NCBI GenBank assembly: GCA_001179505.1
Contig: CDMY01000104.1
Span: 124,001-188,000, forward strand
Source: Vitrella brassicaformis CCMP3155
Taxonomy: Eukaryota > Protista > Chromerida
DNA: 64,000 nucleotides
Direction of reading: 5' to 3'
The notes beneath the pieces are model-generated. The model was given only the letters and a program-made list of their open reading frames with translations. It ran no database searches and was not told the origin of the DNA. Positions 25,301 through 36,120 of this stretch are shown here, piece by piece (the stretch's first letter is position 1; each line of letters begins with the position of its first letter). The position numbers and the translations under genes were made by a program.

Positions 25301-25747
25301 GCAGACTGGGCATACACCCTAGAGCAAGGCCCCAAGAGAGGCTGTTCCTTTTCGCGAGTGCCAAGATGCCCGCTGAAACTACTAGCATCTGAAGAAGAGG
25401 AAATAGAGCTATTGGGCCCTCCACCATTGCCCCTTCCCCCTCCCCCGCCCGTCCTTGGAGAAGAGAAGAAGAAACAAGTCCAAAAGCCCCCTTCTCCCAC
25501 TTTCAAAACTCAAACATGGAGATTTGACGGTGGGAGAGGCCAAAGGAAGCCCCACCCCACGGCGCCCCCCGTGGCCGCCCCTGTGGTGAGTACAGAAGAT
25601 AAGAATAGACAAGCGGAAGGGAAGCCAATCGCTCCGCCAAGGAGGAAGAGGGAGGGGAGAGGGGAAAAGGCGCGGGATAGGCCGATGCCACTGCAGGGGA
25701 AGGAGAAGGAGATGAAGGTGGTGGAAGAGTTCCAGATTGAGCTATGA
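22321..25747 (+). CDS. Secreted multi-exon protein with tandem Cys-rich repeats and a Pro/Lys-rich tail
   Basis: Signal peptide MLSHVRLLAALAAIVSA. Recurring DPCASVTAC/DACNDVTAC...L..C and CxFxxxPxC blocks with conserved intron positions. Tail PPPLPLPPPP...EEFQIEL*. Confidence 0.7.
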
Positions 25748-26032
25748 AGTGGTGCTGACATTGCTGTAGGTTGGTGTTGGGATATTGGATCTGCGACTTC
25801 GTGTGTTTGTTTATAGTGTGGCGATGGCAGTAGGGGAATTCAGCACACGAGTGCAGTACATGTATAGAGACATATGTACGTGCATCGATAAAGAGCGAGA
25901 GCAGCCGACACGGAGAGGCATGGATCTGCATGCTTCGATAAGCAGGGAGCACAGAGGCACGGATATCAGCACGATCCCTCCACATGCATTATCGTATATA
26001 TGTGCAAAGGAGAGACACCACACCACCACTTT

Positions 26033-29000
26033 TTAGGTGTCTCCTTTCCCGAACATCATGTGCGCGAAATACTCGTCCTGCCATCCAGCCAGCCAGCCAT
26101 CAACAGAAACAGCACACAGGTCATACACCTTGTCGCGTCACACAATACAGAGCTCACTTACCCTCTGATCATCATCCCTTATGCCCCGCAACTTCGCCGG
26201 ACCCTTGTTCCCATCTTCATTTCCTTGTTGCTGATGGGCCTTCTCGGCCTCTCCCTCTGTGTCTGTGGGCACGACCAGAACAACAGACTGATGACGGTTG
26301 GTGCCAGCCGTGGCCATGGCCGTCGTGGACGCATTCGACGACTGCAGAAAGGCTGGGAGGGCGTCGGTGTCTGGATCGATGACCCCTTCTGGCTGCTGCA
26401 TGTACGTTGGAGGGGGAGACGGTGACGTCAGCTTGAGGGACTTGTGTCTCTTTCTCGCGGCGTTGTTCTGGTGCTGGTTGTGCTTGGCAGCGTTTGGGTA
26501 GTGCGTCCGGACGGTGTCGTGCCAGTCAGCCCCCTCAGTGAGGTCCATTGCCGCCTGAAGCACCGGCTGCGTCATGAGGGACACCTGCAGCTCTTCGACG
26601 GTCATCTGTGTTTTGATGCTGAGGGGGCCGTCGGTGTCTGATTCGTCGTCGGACGTGTCGTCGTTGTCGAGGCCGCCGGCGCCTTTCTCGCCTTTGCTGC
26701 CGTGCATTGCCTGAACGCACACGAGAAGGTACTTGTCCATCTGTGTGTCGGTGTGGTCACTCCTCGACTGCGTCACTCACGCGCATGACGATGGAGGAGA
26801 TAAATCTCTCCCTGAGAGTGTGTCCCTTGGCCGCCTGCTGCTTCCGCTTGGCATAACGACGACGGCGCCACTCTTTCTCACACACATCACGGATTGAGTG
26901 AGACAGACAGACAGACAGGCAGGCGGGCACACGCAGAGATGGAGTGGACTGTCGCTGTGGGTGTGTGATTACATACTGCAAATGTTGAGGCACTGTGCGT
27001 TGAAGTGGGTGCGTCGAGGCTCCTTCAGGTACCTACACACATCCATTCACCTACGGCGTGTCAGCATTTGCCACATACGTGTGTCACCTGTCGAGAGTGT
27101 CGCAAAGGGCGATGTGTAGAAACCACTTCTCCTTGTCACTCAGCTTGCTGATGTCCAACGTGCCAGGAGCAAGCTGACCTGGATTGTACGGAAAGACAGA
27201 CACAGACAGAGATAGAGACATATGTGCATCGTGTCGTGTGTCGCAGGGTCATACGCTCACTGACCGCCTCTGAGATCGTCCCTGAGTTCCATGCCGTGCG
27301 CGAGGTACTTCTGCAGGACTGTGACGTTCTTGAGTATGAACGTCGAGGGCAGGCCCCACAACACGCCAAATATCACGTTCAAGTGAATGCCAAACACAAC
27401 TAAATCACAGACAGACAGACAGACAGAGTGGGAGAGAGCAAAAGAGGGAGGGATGTCCTTCCTCACCATAGGCGGCAAGGTCCCTCAGGAAGTCTGCGTT
27501 GGTCGATTCCTGGAAGAGGTACAGGATGATGGTGCCCAGCAGTGCCCACAGGTTTTTGGTTTCAGTCGAGTCCAGGATCAGATACGACCTGCACGTTAAT
27601 TCACAAGTGTCTGTCTGTGTCTTACTGCTCTCTGCCTGTGTATGTGTGTGTGTGTGATAGAGCTTGCCTGTTGTCGAATGGTTGGCATGCGACGTGCAGG
27701 GTGAGAAAGATGGCCCCGAACAGAAGCAGCACCGCACGACGGTTGGCATCAGACATGCCCTACAGACACACACACACACACACGCGTGTGGGGAGATCGA
27801 TGTATGCCTGATTCGATTCAATGTGTCTGTCCGTGCGGTTGTCTGACCGGCAGGACTGTGATGGCGATGACGAGGACCTTCCTGACCATGTAGATGCCCC
27901 TTGCACAGAAACACCCACACAGCACAGCCTCCCTTACACACGCGAATCAAACATCCATCCGTGTTGTGCACTCGAAAGAGTAATAGCCCGTCTCCAAGCC
28001 GTTGTAGAGAAAGCCGATTCGCTCCTTCACTGACGGCTGCTCCAAATCATCCTTGCTCCTGCACACACAACACAACACGCACAACACGCGCACACAAATG
28101 GAGACAGACACAAGAGTGAATGCATTTCTCTCTCTCTCTCTGTCTGCGGGCGGGCGTGTGATTGCCTGCCTGTAAAGTTTGATGAAACAGAGGGCTGGTA
28201 TGCCAAAAGACACACACACGATGCCGGCGATGGCCGCCATCTGCCATGTGTGGTGCTCGTCCTCGAAACACACTGTATATGTGGAGACACTGCATGCTTT
28301 GATGTGCGTAGGGGGAGGGCCAGGTTGGCTCACCGATGTCCAGGTTAGATCTGAGTCTGTACTTGTCGTATTTGACGCAGTCGAGCACATCGAAGAACAT
28401 CGACGTGATGATCGGATGCAGCAGAAACACCAATATCACGCCACCTACACACACGGGGGGCACACAAATGGTCCCTGCATGAGCGCGTGTGTGTGTGCAC
28501 ACATACCAGCTTCGATGTACTTCCCCACCCAGTTGCCCTCGCCTCCTCCCTCCAGCATCATGGTGCTCATGCTTCCCCTGCTCATTGCCGATGGGAGCTT
28601 GCCATCAGTCTTGATTGCCACAACACACATTGGATGAGTTGGTGGATGCACAGACATGCCAACCTGCAGGGTCTCGTTGGTTTCCGCCTGTCGTGCATCG
28701 GCGAGTGTCGACGGCCGCAGGCTGGTGGTGGGCGTCGGCAAGTCCTGCTGGTCGTCGATTGGGGGAGGGGGCTTCGGCTACACCCAACACACACAGCAAC
28801 ACCATGCAACACACGCATCGTTCTTCGTGGGTGTGTCCATCCGACCGTTCGTGTGCCGACGTATGTGATGGCGACGATGATGGATAGAGCGAGGTGGGCC
28901 ATGGGTGCGAGGGTAAAGGCCACTACCACCTTGATATAGGCAGGATCCAACGACGAGTGACGCTCCATGAAACACGTGGTCTGTGCACATGCTGCATATA

Positions 29001-32000
29001 CAGTACACACAGGGAGAGAGACAAACCTTTGTGCGATGTGCTTGAGAGTCATTTGTGTACAGGAAGGACGGTGGTTGTGGGATCGTTGGAGCCCCTTGAG
29101 ACGGTGGTGAGGAGCGCCTTGATGAAGGGGGGCAGGGCGAACTTGCAGAGGGAGAAGGCCACCCCCGCCAGCTGAATGTAATTTATAAGTATCTGGCCGT
29201 GCGCAGACACACGCAGACACAGGAGGGTTCGTGTCTCCCCTCTTTCTGTTTTGGTTGTGGGTGTGGCGGACCTTCATGAGTGCCGCGTGGATGCTCTTGG
29301 TCTGTGCCCCCGCCTTGATGCTCTGACGCACCAGTATGCCAACCAGCACCGTCACCAACAGACACTGCACACAAGCCAGTCACATATACACATCCGCTAA
29401 TGGACGCATTCGTATGCTGTTGAATACCGCAAAGATGATTTTGGAGAGCGAGTCTGCCTCATTTGGGCATGGCCGGCAGGGAGTCTCTGCACTGCTCTTG
29501 AACCAACCGTCATGACACTGGATGGACACACACAGATGCAGACAGTCAGTTACAAACGTGATGAGGCCACTGACCTGGTTGCACAGGACGCCTTTGTGTC
29601 CCTCTGCACAGATGGTTCCATTAATGACAGGGTCGTAACCCACACACGCCTGCCAGCCACAGCATCCATCAAGCCACCCATCCGTGTCTATGCAATGAGA
29701 CGCGTGTATTGCAGTACGATATCTCGCAGGGGACAAGGGAAAAACAGGTCGACAGAAGTGGTGTTGAGTTTGTAGAAACCCTTGGCCGCCACACGGTACG
29801 TCCGCAGCGTCGTGTTGGTGTCGGTGTTGTTGTTTGTGTTGTTGCCGCCCGCACCCGCAGTCACAGTTACAGTCACATCAATGGCCGGGCAGTCGAAACC
29901 CAGATGGCTGCTGCCGCTGCTGTCGTCGTCCTCATTGTTGCACGGCTGCCAGGTACAAACACATTCATGTGCGAAAGCCATACACACACATACCCTGCAG
30001 GCGCGCTGTTTCGGCAGTGGGTTGAAGAAGCCTGCAGTGCATCATTGACACAGGAATGGGGCATAAGAAAGAGACACACGTGAGCGTGATATACCAGGTG
30101 AGCAAGGTATGCATTTCGTGGACTCGGGCTCAGGCGCCTGGGTGCCTGTAAGCAAGAAAACAGGCAGCCACGTCAACCAACGGGCCGACAGATACCAATC
30201 CGCTTAGCCTTGTGCATACCAGGGGGGCAGGGCGAGCACTCAGTGGCGCCGGGTGGGGAAATGAACCCAGGTGGGCACCGGTCGCTGCACATACACACAC
30301 ATGCACGGGCGACCAGCCCTCCACCCACCAATCCTTGCTGACCACTCCGAGACGTTGAAGGAAGGGTTGAATCGACCAGCCGCTGCCATCCATCCATTCA
30401 CACAGAGACACAGCTAGTTGCTGTGTCTGTCTTTACTTGCTACTTGTGTGGTGACTGACCGCAGGGTTCGCAAACGGCGGCGCCCTTGCCCGAGTAGGTG
30501 CCCGGCCCGCACCGCAGACACTCTGTCGCCCCCATGACGCTATACTCGCCCGCCACACACACCTTGCTGCACAAGGGGATGGGAACGTATCGGCATGGTG
30601 GGGGGNNNNNNNNNNNNNNNNNNNNNNNNNNNNNNNNNNNNNNNNNNNNNNNNNNNNNNNNNNNNNNNNNNNNNNNNNNNNNNNNNNNNNNNNNNNNNNN
30701 NNNNNNNNNNNNNNNNNNNNNNNNNNNNNNNNNNNNNNNNNNNNNNNNNNNNNNNNNNNNNNNNNNNNNNNNNNNNNNNNNNNNNNNNNNNNNNNNNNNN
30801 NNNNNNNNNNNNNNNNNNNNNNNNNNNNNNNNNNNNNNNNNNNNNNNNNNNNNNNNNNNNNNNNNNNNNNNNNNNNNNNNNNNNNNNNNNNNNNNNNNNN
30901 NNNNNTACACGACCCACCATTCTGACACTTCCTGCTGGTCATTGTACGTGCCGTTTCCTGCATATGGCAACAGATTAAGAAAGAGGGCGAGCTGACGGAT
31001 GGGGATGTCTCCTGGCTCGCTCACGGCATGGCGCGCAGAAGCGATTTGTGTCAGCAGGGTTCCCCGACGGCGCGTACCCCACGCCGCACGGCACACACGA
31101 CAGCCGATCTTCGCTCGGCACCCTGGTGGCCGCGCACTTGACGACGCACGCTAGCTCATTCGGATCGAAGTCGAATCCGTCGTCACACAACGGGACGGTG
31201 GCCTCGACCCGTGGCATGTTGTTGGTGACCCACTCGCAGGCGGCCTGGAATGTGGTGAGGCCCTCTGCGCCGCCAGCTGCGGCGGTCTTGGCCATGGTGG
31301 GCATCAGATCTTCATCCACATTGAGGGTCAGATCCTATGCGAGCGCATTCCCACAGACAGGCACATGCAGAGGGAGCGAGAGACATGGACAATGTCATGT
31401 GGGGGGGGGGGGGGGAGGATATACACGACCCACCATTCTGACACTTCCTGCTGGTCATTGTACGTGCCGTTTCCTGCATATGGCAACAGATTAAGAAAGA
31501 GGGCGAGCTGACGGATGGGGATGTCTCCTGGCTCGCTCACGGCATGGCGCGCAGAAGCGATTTGTGTCAGCAGGGTTCCCCGACGGCGCGTACCCCACGC
31601 CGCACGGCACACACGACAGCCGATCTTCGCTCGGCACCCTGGTGGCCGCGCACTTGACGACGCACGCTAGCTCATTCGGATCGAAGTCGAATCCGTCGTC
31701 ACACAACGGGACGGTGGCCTCGACCCGTGGCATGTTGTTGGTGACCCACTCGCAGGCGGCCTGGAATGTGGTGAGGCCCTCTGCGCCGCCAGCTGCGGCG
31801 GTCTTGGCCATGGTGGGCATCAGATCTTCATCCACATTGAGGGTCAGATCCTATGCGAGCGCATTCCCACAGACAGGCACATGCAGAGGGAGCGAGAGAC
31901 ATGGACAATGTCATGTGCACGTTGGCGGCGTATATGCATTTGTTGGGGGGGGGGGNNNNNNNNNNNNNNNNNNNNNNNNNNNNNNNNNNNNNNNNNNNNN

Positions 32001-34146
32001 NNNNNNNNNNNNNNNNNNNNNNNNNNNNNNNNNNNNNNNNNNNNNNNNNNNNNNNNNNNNNNNNNNNNNNNNNNNNNNNNNNNNNNNNNNNNNNNNNNNN
32101 NNNNNNNNNNNNNNNNNNNNNNNNNNNNNNNNNNNNNNNNNNNNNNNNNNNNNNNNNNNNNNNNNNNNNNNNNNNNNNNNNNNNNNNNNNNNNNNNNNNN
32201 NNNNNNNNNNNNNNNNNNNNNNNNNNNNNNNNNNNNNNNNNNNNNNNNNNNNNNNGGGGGGGGGGGGGAGGTACTTGTAGCGTCTTGAAAGCGGCCGGTG
32301 CGTCTTGTTTGAGGTTTGCCGAGACGAGTTTGTGAAGCGTCGTGATGCCGAAGTCACAGGCCACGTAACCTGATGGAGAGCGGATGAGCTCCAAATCCTC
32401 CGGAGAGCGCGCCTCGTCACACCCAAGGGTAATCCTGACAAAACGACACGCACAGAGAGAGCATATCGTTATTTGAAGGCAAGCCAAACCTCTGTACCAT
32501 GCACTCGAGTGCATGGACGTACCCGGGGAAAGCCACCCGGAGAGCGTCTAGCTGCAGCAGGATTGGGTCCGGCGTGTAGTAGTAGAAGAGGATGGGATAG
32601 TCCCGCTGCACACTCAGCAGCACGCGGCTGTAGGGCGTGAGCGTGGGGCTCACCGCCGTGTCGCCCACATACTGAATCTGCACACAGACAGACAGAAAAT
32701 TCACACATAACACCTACACCTCTCTCTCTCTCTCTCTCTCTGTGTATGTGTGTGGGTGTGTGTGGGTGTGTGGGTGTGGGGGGATACCTCATAGTTCAGC
32801 TCGTTGTTTTTGATGAGCTGTTCGATCCGTCCCTTATCGTAGCCAGGGGTCACGTGATCATCTCTCTGCACGTCACATTGCCGCCCTTGCAGGAAGGCGG
32901 GATGTACCTGCACTGACACAACCAACATACACAAAGAGGAGATGCTGATCGTCGATCGATCGATCGATCACCCACACCCACCTGCCGTTTTCGCACCAGT
33001 CCACCCCAGTCCGGTCGCACATGTCGTTGCCATCGGGAAAGAGGTCCTGACACGCACACACGCGCCACACACACATACATGGCCGATGGATGGCTGCAGA
33101 CACACACATCTGTTTTGACGGTTCCTGTGGGCGGGAACTGTTCAAAGATGAACTCGTTCTTGTGCGACCTCCACCAGTCGGGCGACTGCAGCTCGTGACT
33201 GTCAAGGAAAGACGTCGGGCCAAGATGGATACCTGCACCGACCAACAAGGCAGGCAGGCATCCACACAATACATGGTGCTTTGGTACATCTGACAGTGTT
33301 GGTTGTTGTGTGTGTCTCACCTCACCTGATCTACCGTCGTATCCGGTGCTGCCTACGTCGATGACCTTTTTGTCGGTGAGCACGTAGTCTCGATACAGAG
33401 AAGACGCCTCGTTGATCTGCCAGTTCTCTGGGTGCACCACAGACAAACAGGGGAGGGAGAGACAGAAGGTGTGTGCGTGTGAGCACTCATCAATCGTCTG
33501 CTTGTCTCTTACCTACATCGACTTCATACACTACAGCAGGGTGCTCCTCTACCCAGAGACAAACACAGACGCATCCAGGCCTGTTTATTTGCTCTCGCTC
33601 TCGCTCTCGCCCTCTCTCTCTCTCCCCCCGTCCCTTTATGTGGCTCTGTGCGTGTGTGTAGGGTGTGTGTCTACTTGCGAGGTGTTGCAGCACCAGCTCA
33701 CTGTTGCCATTCGCCACCAGACGCACTGGCTGGCCCAACACCTCATCCTGACAATCCATCCATCCATCCACCATGCAGCCCTTCCTGCAGGTGCGTGTGC
33801 CCACAAGTGCACTCACTGACCAGCAGTATATAGTAGACGTACATCATGATCTCATAGCTCAGCCAGCTCCTCTTGGCTATCCTCACCACGTAGTCTGCAC
33901 ACATACAAACACACAAGAAAAGACGCAAACCACACACACACGCACACACGCGGGCTAGGGAAACCAAACACTCATTCCAATGCACTGCAATCATTCCCCC
34001 CATCTCATTGCCTGCTTATGCGTGGCATAGGGGCTCTTCCTCACCGCCACCGACGCATTCAGGCACTTGGGTAGAGGCTCCTCTTGACACGCAACATCAT
34101 GTACACAGACCCACAAAAGCAACACGAGCAGGAGGCGGGGACTCAT
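26033..34146 (-). CDS. Large receptor-like membrane protein: signal peptide, OpuAC-type (periplasmic binding protein-like) ectodomain, GCC2/GCC3 (Ephrin_rec_like) Cys repeats and a multi-pass TM domain
   Basis: Signal peptide MSPRLLLVLLLWVCVHDVAC. Binding-protein-like FYYYTPDP...TTLHKLVSANLKQDAPAAFKTLQ...AACEWVTNN. Repeats CVPCGVG, CLRCGPGTYS, CPPGFIS..CSPCPPG and CAEGHKGVLCNQC. TM block LHPIITS..LDC...VCFEDEH...FGIP...IGFLYNG...MVRK. About 30 exons; an alternative ATG lies at 34194. Confidence 0.75.
30606..30905. other. Assembly gap (300 N)
   Basis: Run of N. Confidence 1.
30906..31916. repeat. Direct tandem duplication of about 495 bp (30906-31400 = 31422-31916), joined by a G-run and flanked by gaps
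   Basis: The copies look identical at an offset of 516 bp; ORFs 30975-31319 and 31491-31835 translate identically. Confidence 0.95.
31956..32255. other. Assembly gap (300 N)
   Basis: Run of N flanked by poly-G on both sides. Confidence 1.
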
Positions 34147-34222
34147 GAGACGATCAAAGGACGGCGAAAACAGGCCAGCCACCATTGCAAACATGAGATG
34201 TCCTTCCAAGAGATCATCCCCC

Positions 34223-34237
34223 GCGAGCTTAGCTCGC
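34223..34237. promoter_or_regulatory. Full palindromic motif GCGAGCT-T-AGCTCGC
   Basis: Perfect 7-bp inverted repeat with a 1-nt spacer, about 77 bp upstream of the receptor ATG at 34146. Confidence 0.7.
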
Positions 34238-34255
34238 AAACTCTTTACACCAACC

Positions 34256-35883
34256 GTCGTTGCATCGACGGCGCCTTCGTCAGTTACCCCCTCTTGATCT
34301 TCAGACTCGTTTTCAACTGTATGATGCTACTGTTGCGCCCGTATACTTGTATGGCAGTGAGCTATGGGCGGGCAATAAGTGTGACGCGTTGGAGCGTCTC
34401 CATCGTAACTATCTGCTTTCTTGCATGCGCGTGACACGCCGCGTCTCTACTGATGCACTACTAACTGAGCTGTGCCGCTTTTCGGTTCTGTTTGAGGCCC
34501 GCTGGCGTCAGCTGTCTTTCTATATTCGCGTACGTAATCGTCGAGCGGGTGTCTTGGCTGAGAAGGCATTCTTTGTCGCACAGAATGCGTATCGGTGCGC
34601 TACTGGCTTCTCTCGTATGCAACGTGACAGTGCCTATATGCATTTCCACAGAGACAATGGCTTTTCCTTGTTCGCGCCCGAGAGATCTGGCGCTAAACCA
34701 CGGCCGCGTGTTTCTCAGCTTGGTCCTCTGACCGAGCCTGAGGTGAAAACACTTCGCTGTGCCCTCACAAAGTCTGAATTCGCTCGAATCTTGGAAAAAC
34801 GTTGGGCTCATGCTCGCGTCCCTAGCTTGCCTGCTACTCCCTCTCTCCCCCCGCCTATCTCTCTAACGGCTCAGGCAGTGTCTTTGCTTCCATGGCGTTC
34901 TTATGCATCTGGTCAGACAAGGGTGTCTGGCAGAGCACTTTTTCAAGCACGTAAGCTCCTCTTTGTCCCTGGTTGTCGCCTTTTCAATCATTCCTTTCCC
35001 GTGTCATTCCCACGCTTGCATCGTTCCTTTGCTCCTCCTCTGCGTGAGTGCCGGTGTGACCTTGACTCGCTCGTGTGCATGGCATCATACGTGCCAGCGC
35101 AGTCATATATGGAAGTGCTTCAGCATGGACAAGATTGGCTGCATCGGCTTATCCAGCCGCTGCCAGCCTTTCTGCCATACTTAGCACTCCCTGCACACCA
35201 GCGGCGTGTGCTTTTTCTCTTCCGTACCGGTTGTCATCCGTCTGCTCTCATGGATGGCCGATTGATCGACTGTCCGCGAGAATATAGATCATGTGCTTAC
35301 TGCTCGCATCGTAATGATCTGTTGGTTTCGGTCCGTGATGTCGGTGGTCATAGTGTGCCTCGTCCTCCAGTAGAGGATGAGACACACATACTTGTCTCGT
35401 GTCCTCTGTATTCTACATTGCGTCACGCACTTTTCTCCACCATTCATAAGTATGGTATTACCGCCCCTGATGCTTGTAACTACAAGCGATGGAGCAAGGC
35501 GCACCCTATAGTTTTCACTACCTCTCTGCTGCAGTCAGATAAGCTACCGCTCCTTTCAGCAGTTGCAGACTTCCTCCTAGCTGCACACAAGGAGCGGGCT
35601 CGCTGGCTTGCACTCAATCCATCTCTCCCACCCAGTCAGTTTGATGGTGAGTATGACTTCATATATGAGTTGCATGAGATGGAGCAGTGGGTGCTTGACG
35701 CTGACTTGTCAGACTAGCACCCACTGCTCCATGGGAAGGGCAGATAGGCCTTGTGCATGCATTCTGCATGTGCCTGTTGCCTGTTTGGTGTGTGCTGTGG
35801 ACAGAGAAGATGCCTGGTTGCGCCGGAAGGTAGCGCCGGGCTTAGGGACAGGTGTCTCGTCAAACCCTTAACCAACCAACCAA
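34256..35883 (+). mobile_element. 5'-truncated non-LTR (LINE-like) retrotransposon: end of the RT/thumb region plus the C-terminal zinc knuckle
   Basis: Uninterrupted 485-codon frame (34260-35717) with no ATG start. RT thumb-like LYDATVAPVYLYGSELW...LERLHRNYL...STDALLTEL and CCHC-type CAYC...VEDETHILVSCPLYSTLR. No introns or microsatellites and more T-rich than host genes. Ends in an (ACCA)3 tract at about 35870-35883. Confidence 0.85.
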
Positions 35884-36120
35884 AGCGAGAGGTTCCCGCG
35901 CAGCTCAAGATCTATAGCTTCAGCGCCGCTCGGCCGGGCACTTCGTCGAATCCCCGTCCGGGCTCGTGCAGCAGGTGCGACACCGATTGGATTGCATGAG
36001 TGCAATTGCATGAGTGTGTTGCCTGCTCTCACGCTTGCCTAATGGCACGCTTGTCATCCGTGTGCTTTTCACCTCAGTTACCCTTTCTAAGCGTCTGTTC
36101 TTGGGTTCGCCTGCACCAAG

